From NCBI GenBank assembly GCA_965234725.1, contig CBDDUX010000061.1:1-19054 (forward strand): a DNA stretch of 19,054 nt. Direction: 5' to 3'. The notes under the pieces are model-generated. The model made no database searches and was not told where the DNA came from. It saw nothing but the letters and a program-made list of their open reading frames with translations. This document shows, piece by piece, positions 1 through 8,408 of this stretch; within the stretch, counting starts at the first letter, position 1; each line of letters starts with the position of its first letter. The DNA is from Thermoplasmatota archaeon. GTDB lineage: Archaea; Thermoplasmatota; Penumbrarchaeia; Penumbrarchaeales; Penumbrarchaeaceae. The translations under genes and the position numbers were made by a program.

Positions 1-942
1 GACCAACCGATTTTCATCCTTATGTGTGGCCCGTAGGGTCATGAGTGCTTCTTTTTTATCCGTATCGTCGGACTTCACAGGATATATGCTGGAAGGGGTC
101 GATCTGGTCACAGCAGAGATCTGGTTCTCCTCATCTTCCAGGTGATAACCGTATTCGTATCCCTTGGTGAATCCGGAATCCATACCGAGTACGTATGCTC
201 GATAGTAGATGTAGATCACATCCTTGGGAGGGACCTCAACACCATTTTCGGTATCATTGAATTGTTTCTTATACATCTCCCAGGGGATGGCGAACAGGAT
301 CTCTATCAATGTCTTATCGAGATGCTCCTCAAGAGAGGGTCTGGGTTCCTTCCTGTTCGTATGATCATTTACTCCCTTTTTAAAACCCAGATCGAAGCCG
401 GTATCGAATCCAAAATCATATCCATCGGCGAACTGGAACTCCTCGAATTGGTCTAAGATCTCCGAAACATTCTGATCGGGTTCAAGGTCCTTGTAATCCC
501 CTACCTTGGAGTAAAGGTCCGAATTCAAATATGATCCTGAAAGTGGATAATTGGAAATTATCTTGTCATTATATATGTCGTAATTGCTATTATTGTTCTT
601 ATCTTCGTATTCGACAAGACCCAAGAATCTGAGTAGTAGCTCCTGAGACTCCCTTTCGTTTACATCGGCTCCTCCGTATCTCATTGAGATCTCAAGGTCA
701 TTTCTGGTGGAAAGAGAGAAATCGAACCATAATGATCCTTTGTCGCTTTCCTGCACCGAGTGAAGGTTGACGAAATCCTCTCCGCTTTTGACAAAGATCT
801 GCCTCTCTTCCAGTTTCCTGAGCTTGTCGGGAAGGGATGGCTGCTTCAGATCTCTACTTTCCTGAGCATCTGCGGCGAATGGGAGGGTTGCGGCGATGAT
901 CATAATCAGGACCGCTCCCATGGCTTTGATCTTCCAGTTCAT
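1..942 (-). CDS. Secreted protein with GxxxG repeats, 3' end beyond the window edge; paralog of 1143..2849
   Basis: Not in the ORF track. Hand translation from ATG at 942 stays open to position 1 (314 codons). It starts MNWKIKAMGAVLIMIIAATLPFAADAQES (signal peptide) and contains RFLGLVEYEDKNNNSNYDIYNDKIISNYPLS, DGYDFGFDTGFDLGFKKG and LGMDSGFTKGYEYGY. AAGGAG lies 8 nt upstream. Confidence 0.9.
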   Translation of the reverse strand, partial: MNWKIKAMGAVLIMIIAATLPFAADAQESRDLKQPSLPDKLRKLEERQIFVKSGEDFVNLHSVQESDKGSLWFDFSLSTRNDLEISMRYGGADVNERESQELLLRFLGLVEYEDKNNNSNYDIYNDKIISNYPLSGSYLNSDLYSKVGDYKDLEPDQNVSEILDQFEEFQFADGYDFGFDTGFDLGFKKGVNDHTNRKEPRPSLEEHLDKTLIEILFAIPWEMYKKQFNDTENGVEVPPKDVIYIYYRAYVLGMDSGFTKGYEYGYHLEDEENQISAVTRSTPSSIYPVKSDDTDKKEALMTLRATHKDENRLV

Positions 943-977
943 TCTTAAGGCTCCTTGGTATGGTATCTTTCTGATCA

Positions 978-995
978 TTATAAATCGGTTATTGG
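978..995 (-). promoter_or_regulatory. Archaeal BRE/TATA promoter for the 1..942 gene
   Basis: Minus strand reads CCAATAACCGATTTATAA, about 36 nt upstream of the ATG. Confidence 0.6.
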
Positions 996-1069
996 ACGCA
1001 TATAGAATTTATTGACTATCATTATTACTAATTCATTGATCTTTTAATTTTTTAAAATGATTAACTGGT

Positions 1070-1126
1070 AAAATGAAAAAATAGATGATACGCCGAAGAT
1101 GGGTGGCATTTCATTTCCGGCGTATC
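1070..1126 (-). terminator. Hairpin plus T-tract terminator of the 1143..2849 gene
   Basis: Minus-strand arms GATACGCCGGAAATG (1126-1112) and CATCTTCGGCGTATC (1101-1087) form a 15-position stem with one G-U and one mismatch, followed by ATCTATTTTTTCATTTT. It starts 16 nt after the stop codon. Confidence 0.7.
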
Positions 1127-1142
1127 GAGGGTGTGGGTGTGT

Positions 1143-2849
1143 TCATCTCTTTCTGGTAAGGACCAGTATGCAAATCATTGCAACGGCTCCGAGTGCAACA
1201 AGGACCGATCCGATCCCTGCAGCCCAGACCCATGTGGAGGAGAGTATGGATCCTGCATCCTTGGTCGAGGTTTCCTCATTGGATGTGGGCATGATATTGA
1301 TCATATCATCATTGTCGTCTATCTCCTCAGATACCTCGCCATCCTCTTCTTCAGGGTCCTCTTCATCCTTTACCATTGGAGGTACCTGGTCCCTTGTGAA
1401 GGAGAATCCTCCAAGATGATATTCGGTGTAGGAATATCCCCAAAGGTTCTGATCCTCGACTATCCTCTTGTGGTAGTCCTGCCAAAGAGGCTGATATACC
1501 TCTCCTTCATTATCCACAAAGACAGGTATGATGTGCCTTATCAAAGTATGAGGATCGAACCTGGAATTGTCCTGGACCTCGGTTTCTGTTACATCTGAGG
1601 TGGTCTGGATGACATCGTCATTGTCATTTTCCTCAAGGATCCCTCTGTAGTTCCTCTTCTGGAAATGAGAGCTTCCTTCGGCAATTAGGGCGACCTGGGT
1701 ATCCCTTGCTCTGTAGGGGTATCCATCAATATTGATCTTGATACCTCCAGCCTGGGGTATGACCGAACCGTCCTCTCCATAGTATGCTCGGATCCCTATG
1801 CGGAAGTTGATGGTCCCATGGATGTCCTCTATACCAAAGGCAATGTGGAATCCATCCGATGTGAAGTTCTCCTGAATGACCTTCAATGGTTTCAGGTAGG
1901 CTTTTGGTCTCCTGACAGGTGTTTCTTCCGGGAGCATCTCGGGATCTTTGTCCGATCCCTTATCTTTCTCGTCTTCTTTTATCCTGTTTGGATCCTTCTC
2001 TGTGTTTGATGGTCTTTCCACTGTATCGTTATAGAAAGTCCTCTCAACATTCACATCATCATCCACATCATTTTCGACCCCATAAGCATCCCTGTATCCG
2101 TCATGGATGCCGGTTCTGAGCCCTTCAATGAATCCCTTGACAAAGGACCGAAGAACATTCTCATCGCCAGCATCTCTGTCTGTTATCTTATCCATCTGTT
2201 CCTGGATCAATGCTTTGACCCTTTCAAGGATCTCATCAGGCATATTCTCGAAAGGGTCATCCGAATATGGAAGGCCATTCTCTATACCATATATACCGAC
2301 CTTCATACCGATATCATATCCAAGATCGTATCCCTTCTGGTATCCTTTCCTGTATGCTTCCTTGTCCAGTTCAGGCTCCTTGGGTTCCACCTGTTTTATG
2401 TAACCAAGAGTATAGAGTCTGTCTGATAGGGGAACATGTGAAACGACCTTGTCAACAAGCGGGTCGAACTCGTTGTTGTTGTTCATGTCCTTGAACTCCA
2501 CCAAGCCATAGAAATTCACCTTTACACCAAGATCGACAGATCCCTTCGGACTGTATTTTCCCATATCTACCGTAAGCGAGGGTCCCTGCATGGACCTCAG
2601 ATCGAATTTGAAGTACGATCCGCTGTTCTCATCAGAGACCTTGTTGATAAGATAGGAATGGTACAAACCTCTGTCGTACTCGAAGTGGTATCCCTCGTTT
2701 GCAACCGGATTGGTGTTGGGATCCACCTTTTCTTTGTCCAATTCTCTCTTTTCATCCTCCCGGGCCGATGCCCAGGTTGCACCGATCGAAAGCGACATCA
2801 CGAGAAGCGCTGTCAAGGCGATAAGTGCGATCTTTCTTGATGGTCTCAT
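1143..2849 (-). CDS. Secreted, C-terminally membrane-anchored surface protein with GxxxG repeats
   Basis: Likely start is ATG 2849 (MRPSRKIALIALTALLV, signal peptide) after a GGTGA SD. It has FYGLVEFKDMNNNNEFD, two glycine-repeat blocks (KGYQKGYDLGYDIGMKVG; KGFIEGLRTGIHDG), an acidic linker, and a C-terminal hydrophobic helix with a TRKR tail. Confidence 0.85.
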   Translation of the reverse strand: MRPSRKIALIALTALLVMSLSIGATWASAREDEKRELDKEKVDPNTNPVANEGYHFEYDRGLYHSYLINKVSDENSGSYFKFDLRSMQGPSLTVDMGKYSPKGSVDLGVKVNFYGLVEFKDMNNNNEFDPLVDKVVSHVPLSDRLYTLGYIKQVEPKEPELDKEAYRKGYQKGYDLGYDIGMKVGIYGIENGLPYSDDPFENMPDEILERVKALIQEQMDKITDRDAGDENVLRSFVKGFIEGLRTGIHDGYRDAYGVENDVDDDVNVERTFYNDTVERPSNTEKDPNRIKEDEKDKGSDKDPEMLPEETPVRRPKAYLKPLKVIQENFTSDGFHIAFGIEDIHGTINFRIGIRAYYGEDGSVIPQAGGIKINIDGYPYRARDTQVALIAEGSSHFQKRNYRGILEENDNDDVIQTTSDVTETEVQDNSRFDPHTLIRHIIPVFVDNEGEVYQPLWQDYHKRIVEDQNLWGYSYTEYHLGGFSFTRDQVPPMVKDEEDPEEEDGEVSEEIDDNDDMINIMPTSNEETSTKDAGSILSSTWVWAAGIGSVLVALGAVAMICILVLTRKR

Positions 2850-2879
2850 TGTCTCACCATAGAAAACCACCAGCTGATG

Positions 2880-2898
2880 TATATAAACCGCTTATTAG
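2880..2898 (-). promoter_or_regulatory. Archaeal BRE/TATA promoter for 1143..2849
   Basis: Minus strand reads CTAATAAGCGGTTTATATA, about 30 nt upstream of ATG 2849. Confidence 0.65.
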
Positions 2899-2980
2899 AC
2901 AGGCGTTGAATTTTTGGACGATGTTCGAATAAAAATATGCCGATCATTTCTCTACTCGATCCTGATACGATCGATCGATT

Positions 2981-2998
2981 CAAAAATGTTTTATAATA
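2981..2998 (+). promoter_or_regulatory. BRE/TATA promoter for adk
   Basis: CAAAAATGTTTTATAATA lies about 40 nt upstream of ATG 3038. Confidence 0.55.
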
Positions 2999-3037
2999 TT
3001 CCTTGATAGACCCACATCCAACCCCAAGGTGTGGCAG

Positions 3038-3847
3038 ATGATAAAGAAAGAGAATATCGGAAATATGATAGTAACAGGAAAATCCGGAGCTGGAAAGCAA
3101 CCCAGAATAGATGTGCTCGTAAATGAATTTGGCCTTGAGCAGTTATCCACGGGGAATATCTTTAGGGAATATGTCGGTGCTTTTGACGGATCTGGATTCA
3201 AAGGGGATCTTGAAAGGTTCTATGATGCTGAAAATGATACGTTCGTTCCGGATGAGGAAATTGAAAATGCCATCAAGGAACAGCTCCCTGATGTCGAGGA
3301 GGTCCGACCTGTCCTCCTCGGTCTGAAGGCAAAGTACTTCATGAACTCAGGGAAGTTCGTCCCCAATAACTCCACAAACGAACTTTTCACCGAATACTTC
3401 TCCAAGAAGGATTACAGGGGATACGTTCTGGACGGATACCCCAGGACCCCGGACCAGGCAGAGTATCTGCTGGAACTTGTCAAGGAGAAAGGTGTCTCGA
3501 TTGACATGGTCATACTAGTCAACAACTCTGACAAGAATATCATCCAAAGGACAATAGGAAGAAGGATATGCCCTTCCTGCAAGAAAGTCTACCATGTTGA
3601 ACATAAACCATCCAAGGACAATGTCCACTGCGATGTATGCGGTGCAGAGCTGATCTTAAGGTCCGATGACACCGAGAACAAGATCAAGGTCCGCCTGGCA
3701 GAGTTCTACGCTAAAGTGATACCTTGTCTGACCATTCTTGAAAACGAGGGCATCCCCATACTTACCGTTGAAGGGAATCTTGAAGAGTTCACCGAAGAGA
3801 ACGTCAGAAGGTCTGTCATGGAAAAAGTAGAACCCCTACTTGAATAG
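3038..3847 (+). CDS. adk: Adenylate kinase (bacterial-type, Zn-binding LID), atypical P-loop
   Basis: Motifs GKSGAGK, LSTGNIFRE, YVLDGYPRTPDQA, RRICPSC..CDVC (LID) and RSDD. Start is probably ATG 3038 after AGGTG. Confidence 0.85.
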   Translation: MIKKENIGNMIVTGKSGAGKQPRIDVLVNEFGLEQLSTGNIFREYVGAFDGSGFKGDLERFYDAENDTFVPDEEIENAIKEQLPDVEEVRPVLLGLKAKYFMNSGKFVPNNSTNELFTEYFSKKDYRGYVLDGYPRTPDQAEYLLELVKEKGVSIDMVILVNNSDKNIIQRTIGRRICPSCKKVYHVEHKPSKDNVHCDVCGAELILRSDDTENKIKVRLAEFYAKVIPCLTILENEGIPILTVEGNLEEFTEENVRRSVMEKVEPLLE

Positions 3848-4660
3848 GTCCGACACCAGGGCTCTCAGGTCCTTGTATACCATCAATCCCTCTTCTTCCG
3901 GGTCCTCCATATCCCCGGAGAGGACCATTGCTACCTGGCATCCGGCCCTTCTTCCCGCAGTGATATCGGTATCCAGTCTGTCACCGATCATCAGGATGTC
4001 CTTCGGTTCGATACCGATCTCAATGGAAGCGAGTCTTGTTGTGTATGGATCCGGTTTTCCCACCACCGTCGCTTTTACTCCGGTACACGTTTCAAGGGCT
4101 GAGATCATGGTCCCGGCCCCGGGAAGTACCTTCCCTCCCTCCCATGGAAGGGTGGGATCAGAATTGGTAGCTATGAGGTCAGCTCCGTTCCTGATGGCCC
4201 AGAGTGCGTCTGCCAGTCTTGTATACGTTAGGGTCCTGTCCAGGCCTGCAACAACACAATCCACCTCAAGGTCGTTCAATGGCTCTCCAGCATCACCTGT
4301 CCAGGCAGCATTTTCCAGGGAGGCTATACCTCTCCCTTCGCCTGCAGGAACAGCCTCGTGACCTATCCTGTTCAACTCCTGAATAAGGCCCCTTTCACCG
4401 ACAACGAGGCATCTGGAAGGTCCCATCTTCTCCAGAATATATCTGGCAGCGCCATAGGAGGATGTGATCACAGGAGCTGTTGGATAACCAAAGCATTCGA
4501 GAGAGAACATCACCTCGCCTCTGGTCCTGGTGGAATTATTCGTCAGGTAGCAGATCGAGATACCTGCATCTAAAAGATCAGAAACGGCTTGTACGGATCC
4601 AGGGACAGCTTCACCTCCCCTCTTCAGAACACCATCCAGATCCAGGATCGCTCCCTTCAT
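3836..4660 (-). CDS. HAD-IIA hydrolase, NagD/pNPPase family
   Basis: Motifs DLDGVL, LTNNS, ATNSD, GKPD and GDRLDTDI. Confidence 0.92.
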   Translation of the reverse strand: MKGAILDLDGVLKRGGEAVPGSVQAVSDLLDAGISICYLTNNSTRTRGEVMFSLECFGYPTAPVITSSYGAARYILEKMGPSRCLVVGERGLIQELNRIGHEAVPAGEGRGIASLENAAWTGDAGEPLNDLEVDCVVAGLDRTLTYTRLADALWAIRNGADLIATNSDPTLPWEGGKVLPGAGTMISALETCTGVKATVVGKPDPYTTRLASIEIGIEPKDILMIGDRLDTDITAGRRAGCQVAMVLSGDMEDPEEEGLMVYKDLRALVSDLFK

Positions 4661-5343
4661 CGAAATCCTTCCTTCATAAGATAAAAGGCAGAACTGATAT
4701 CTTGAACTATCGCATCGGGGTACCTGGGATCACCATGTCCGATCCCTTCGTTAATCATGGTCTCTATCTGGGAATTCCCTCTTCCTGTAGTTACAAGGAT
4801 CCCCTTGCACCCTGCCGTATGGGCAGCGAGGATATCCTTGAGGTGATCACCTATCATTATGGATGATCCCAGGTCGAGGTCCAGATCATGAGCCGCTCTC
4901 AGGATCATCCCGGGTCCTGGTTTTCTGTCCAAATGGTCCACATCATATTCAGGTATGATCGAACCCGGAAAGAAGGGGGAATAATATGCCAGGTCCCAGG
5001 GTTCCAAAGGTGACATAGTATTTCGTATGTATTCCATCGTAGATATCAGGTGGGAATGTTCTATTAGACCCATTCCAATTGCTCCCTGGTTCGTGGCCAC
5101 TGCTATCCTGAAACCCAATGACCTGAATCCTTCGATGGCCTCTTTGGCCCCGTCAATGATCCGAGGTTCATGCTTGAAATGAATGGGGTCCCTATCCTCT
5201 ATGATAACTCCATCTCTATCAAGGATCACAGCTCTGAAATTGCCGGACCTTCCCGGTTCACCGTATATGGTCCTCTCATCGGATTCTGGAACCAGGGAGA
5301 GGGCTTCCATCCTTTTTCGGACATCCTGTCCGGGATGCTTCAT
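4657..5343 (-). CDS. HAD-IIIA phosphatase, GmhB/histidinol-phosphatase family
   Basis: Motifs LDRDGVI, ATNQ, RKPGPGM and IGDHLKD. ATGA overlaps with both neighbours. Confidence 0.9.
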   Translation of the reverse strand: MKHPGQDVRKRMEALSLVPESDERTIYGEPGRSGNFRAVILDRDGVIIEDRDPIHFKHEPRIIDGAKEAIEGFRSLGFRIAVATNQGAIGMGLIEHSHLISTMEYIRNTMSPLEPWDLAYYSPFFPGSIIPEYDVDHLDRKPGPGMILRAAHDLDLDLGSSIMIGDHLKDILAAHTAGCKGILVTTGRGNSQIETMINEGIGHGDPRYPDAIVQDISSAFYLMKEGFR

Positions 5344-6254
5344 GAGGGTATCACCGCAGTGTGAGGAGAGTATGAAGTTGTCTGCTTGGAATTGTCAAGG
5401 AGAACATCCCCTCCCAATGGGATCAATGATCTGATGTAATCTCTGATGAATCCCTCGTTCTCGGTTTCAGAGAACATGGAATCCGTGAACAACCCGGTTG
5501 AAGAAAAATACGTGATCTTCCCACCGGAATTACCAACATTGAACTCCACTGCCATGGGCCCATATGGGGCATAAATATCCTTGTTGTCATCCTGAAGGTC
5601 CATTTCATCATTTTCGTTCATATCTATGACCGTCAGGTTCTTGGTTGTGGTCAATATGGGTTTCCCTTCTCCTGAAATAATAAGACCATTTGGGCTGTCC
5701 ACAAGTACAATATGAGGATCATTCTGCCGTATTAGAGAATAACCTTTGATGAATCTGATATTGTAGATCCAGCCGGGATCCGCACCTGCTCCTTCAACCA
5801 GAAGGGAATCCACAAGGTATGCCTTTCCCGTGAATTCCACTTTACCCTGAGAGGTCCCCTGCATGAAATTGGAAAGGCGGTTCGCGGCTACTCCATCATC
5901 GGCAACTATTACCTTTCCGCCTCTTTCGGCGAAATCCTTGATGGATACGATATCCTCGGAGGTGAGGTTGTCCTGGAGGCCTATCAGCATGTATACGGTA
6001 TCATCCGAATTGAGCTCCAGGTCCAGGTCAGAAGGTCCTTCTGCTTCCAGGAAATTGAAGATGGTGACCTCGGATAGTGATGCCTTCATCTTGGTCAGGT
6101 CTCTCCATGGCCCCGTTTCCTCTGTTCCGTTGCCGTTCCCATCTCCCCCTCCTCCAGGAGGGAAGAGGATGATCACCACAACAATGATGAAGACCGAAAC
6201 AACGGCCAATAGTAAAATGATGAGACCTGGACTTCTTCCCTTTTCTTCTGTCAC
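5340..6254 (-). CDS. Membrane-anchored DUF4350-like (glutamine-amidotransferase-like fold) protein
   Basis: GTG start, N-terminal hydrophobic helix and Gly-rich linker. IKDFAERGGKVIVADD, GKITYFSSTGLFTDSM..N..F and VLLDNS resemble archaeal DUF4350 proteins (from recall). Confidence 0.6.
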   Translation of the reverse strand: MTEEKGRSPGLIILLLAVVSVFIIVVVIILFPPGGGGDGNGNGTEETGPWRDLTKMKASLSEVTIFNFLEAEGPSDLDLELNSDDTVYMLIGLQDNLTSEDIVSIKDFAERGGKVIVADDGVAANRLSNFMQGTSQGKVEFTGKAYLVDSLLVEGAGADPGWIYNIRFIKGYSLIRQNDPHIVLVDSPNGLIISGEGKPILTTTKNLTVIDMNENDEMDLQDDNKDIYAPYGPMAVEFNVGNSGGKITYFSSTGLFTDSMFSETENEGFIRDYIRSLIPLGGDVLLDNSKQTTSYSPHTAVIPS

Positions 6255-6307
6255 ACCGGATGAGAAGAACGAGTTTATTTCAACCTTTTGGGAACGTGTG
6301 ACGCTTT

Positions 6308-6844
6308 TTACCCGATGATATCCCCAATGGTAGCATATCTGTTCCTCCCTCCTCCAATATGGATCAGTGATGGTGGATGCACGTCATCAATACCCGCTTC
6401 CACCATTTTGTCTGCGACCCTGACGTTAACTACCCTTCCTACGACCACATCGTGATCTCCAGCCTCCTTGGTCCATTCCAGTTTGCATTCGATACTGGTC
6501 AGGCATTCCAATACCGAGGCAACATTGACCATCTTACTTCTCAAAGGGGTCAGACCCGCTTTCTCAAACTCAGAAACATCCCTTGGGAACGGTTTGGCGG
6601 TCTCCTTTATTGCTTCCACCAGGTCCTTTCCCGGAACGTTCACAACGAACTCACCTGTATCCAGGATATTTGAATATGTATCCCTCTCCTTCCTTATGGC
6701 AATGCCAAGAAGCGGGGGGTCCATCGAGATGGGCATGTGCCAAGCATAGGGAGCGACGTTCATGACCTCCCCGAACCTTGAAGATACTAGAATTACGGGC
6801 ATCGGGGTGGTAGCTTTCAGATATTTTGGAGGATCTAAGTACAT
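6308..6844 (-). CDS. Flavin reductase-like protein (DIM6/NTAB/flavoredoxin family)
   Basis: Motifs NVAPYAW, SMDPPLL, TYSNILDTGEFVVNV, IECKL and GDHDVVVGRV. Likely start is ATG 6844 (MYLDP). Confidence 0.9.
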   Translation of the reverse strand: MYLDPPKYLKATTPMPVILVSSRFGEVMNVAPYAWHMPISMDPPLLGIAIRKERDTYSNILDTGEFVVNVPGKDLVEAIKETAKPFPRDVSEFEKAGLTPLRSKMVNVASVLECLTSIECKLEWTKEAGDHDVVVGRVVNVRVADKMVEAGIDDVHPPSLIHIGGGRNRYATIGDIIG

Positions 6845-6903
6845 TTTTTGACACCGGAAGCGTAAAGGTTTTGACACAGACAAGCCTTTCGGAGGATTGT
6901 GGT

Positions 6904-7470
6904 ATGATGCTGAAGGAACTTGTATTGAAGAATAGAAGCTACAGAAGGTTCAAAGAGCAAAGAAATGTTACAGAGAGTGAATTGAAGGACCTTGTGGAGC
7001 TTGCAAGGACCTCCGCCTCTGCTGCGAACAGACAGCCTTTGAAGTTCATACTTTCATACACCAAGGAAAATAATGAGATCATCTTCCCAAAGTTGGCATG
7101 GGCTGGGTATCTTTCACATTGGAACGGCCCGATCCCTGGAGAAAGACCGGGTGGATACATAATCATCCTTGGAGATACTACCATACATAACAACTACTAT
7201 GTGGACCACGGAATCGCGGCACAATCGATCCTTCTGGGAGCTGTGGAAAAAGGACTCGGCGGCTGCATGATCGCGGCAATTGACAGAAAGGCCCTTGCAG
7301 ATGACCTCGGGATCCCGCAGAACTTTGAAATACTGCTTGTGATCGCACTGGGAGAGCCCATTGAAGAGGTCGTTATCGAACCGGTGAAAGATGGGGACAT
7401 CAGGTATTACAGGGACGAAAAGGGAGTCCATCATGTTCCAAAGAGGTCATTAGAGGACCTATTGGTATGA
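6904..7470 (+). CDS. Nitroreductase family protein
   Basis: Motifs NRSYRRF, SAANRQPLKF, DHGIAAQSILLGAVEKGLGGC and VPKR. GGAGG lies 8 nt before ATG 6904. Confidence 0.92.
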   Translation: MMLKELVLKNRSYRRFKEQRNVTESELKDLVELARTSASAANRQPLKFILSYTKENNEIIFPKLAWAGYLSHWNGPIPGERPGGYIIILGDTTIHNNYYVDHGIAAQSILLGAVEKGLGGCMIAAIDRKALADDLGIPQNFEILLVIALGEPIEEVVIEPVKDGDIRYYRDEKGVHHVPKRSLEDLLV

Positions 7471-7573
7471 TCTATTCATCCTGGGACAGGACCTCATCGT
7501 TCAGGGTCCTCTTGTGACCGATATCAGGAACGACCATGGATGGAACGAGATAGATCCGGCACTTATCATATCC

Positions 7574-7600
7574 GAGATCTGAAAGATCTTCTGCTTTTTT
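7574..7600 (+). terminator. Possible terminator of the nitroreductase gene
   Basis: GAGATCT-GAA-AGATCTT hairpin followed by CTGC and six Ts. Confidence 0.4.
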
Positions 7601-7602
7601 GA

Positions 7603-7616
7603 GTGGGCCAGGCCGG
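7603..7616. repeat. Left copy of a 14-bp near-direct repeat
   Basis: GTGGGCCAGGCCGG, 13/14 identical to 8431-8444. Confidence 0.5.
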
Positions 7617-7699
7617 GTCCGCCCTATAGAATCATTTTGATATCTCATACTGCTAACAAACGATTTTCAGATATCATTAAGAAGGATACTCTATCAATT

Positions 7700-7828
7700 T
7701 TATGATGAGATCATCCTTTGGAGGTATTTTCTTTCTTCTTCTAATGTCATACCTTCAATATCTTTACTTATCTTGTCTCTGATATCCCTCATCATTTTAA
7801 CTGAATCGAATTTTTTGGTTCTACTCAT
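7700..7828 (-). CDS. 42-aa putative antitoxin/partner of the PIN protein
   Basis: Not in the ORF track. Translates as MSRTKKFDSVKMMRDIRDKISKDIEGMTLEEERKYLQRMISS*. It overlaps the PIN stop by 8 nt (ATGAGTAG) and has GAGGT upstream. Confidence 0.75.
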   Translation of the reverse strand: MSRTKKFDSVKMMRDIRDKISKDIEGMTLEEERKYLQRMISS

Positions 7829-8285
7829 ATCCAACAACCTCCCATGGAGATCTGATCTCAACCGTGCCATATCCCTTCTTGATATTCACAGAATTATATC
7901 CTCTGATTCTTTCAATGTTGACTATATGTTTAAAGTTCCAGCTGATTATGATATCAGCTTTTACCACCGTAGCAATTGCGATATGCTGTGAGTCAGCAAG
8001 AAATCTTTTCGAAATCACCTTTTCTTTCAAATATATCCTGGATAGTTCATTTGATTCTTCGGTGAGCGTTACTTCTTCAATGAATTCTTCTGGGATCTTT
8101 TCCATAACCTGCCTGACCTTTATCGGAGCTTTGGAAAGTTCTGCTCTGGTAATATCAGAAATTACTGTGATCTTTCGCCCTTCAGAAAATTCCTTGATCA
8201 GTAAATTGGATGCGTTCTTGAATTCATCATCCAGGCAACCTCCTATCACGGAGGTATCGATGTAATATCTTTCTTTCTTGGTCAT
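7821..8285 (-). CDS. PIN-domain (VapC-like) ribonuclease toxin
   Basis: PIN motifs YIDTSVIGG, ITRAEL, DSQHIAIA and SWNFKHIVN. Confidence 0.9.
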   Translation of the reverse strand: MTKKERYYIDTSVIGGCLDDEFKNASNLLIKEFSEGRKITVISDITRAELSKAPIKVRQVMEKIPEEFIEEVTLTEESNELSRIYLKEKVISKRFLADSQHIAIATVVKADIIISWNFKHIVNIERIRGYNSVNIKKGYGTVEIRSPWEVVGYE

Positions 8286-8309
8286 TCCGGATATTATATC
8301 GAAGCATGA

Positions 8310-8327
8310 CTTAATAAAATGTTCGTA
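8310..8327 (-). promoter_or_regulatory. TATA promoter for a probably leaderless PIN transcript
   Basis: Minus strand reads ACGAACATTTTATTAAG about 25 nt before ATG 8285, with no clear SD. Confidence 0.5.
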
Positions 8328-8408
8328 ATGAGATGAATGAAATTGTGGTCACCAGTAAAATGAATGAGAAGAAAATCAACCCCCGAGGAATTTACATGTA
8401 AGGGTATT

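Noticed and set aside
6826..6883. Apparent head-to-head overlap of flavin reductase and nitroreductase in the ORF track
   Set aside because: Artefact of longest-ORF starts; the likely starts are 6844 and 6904.
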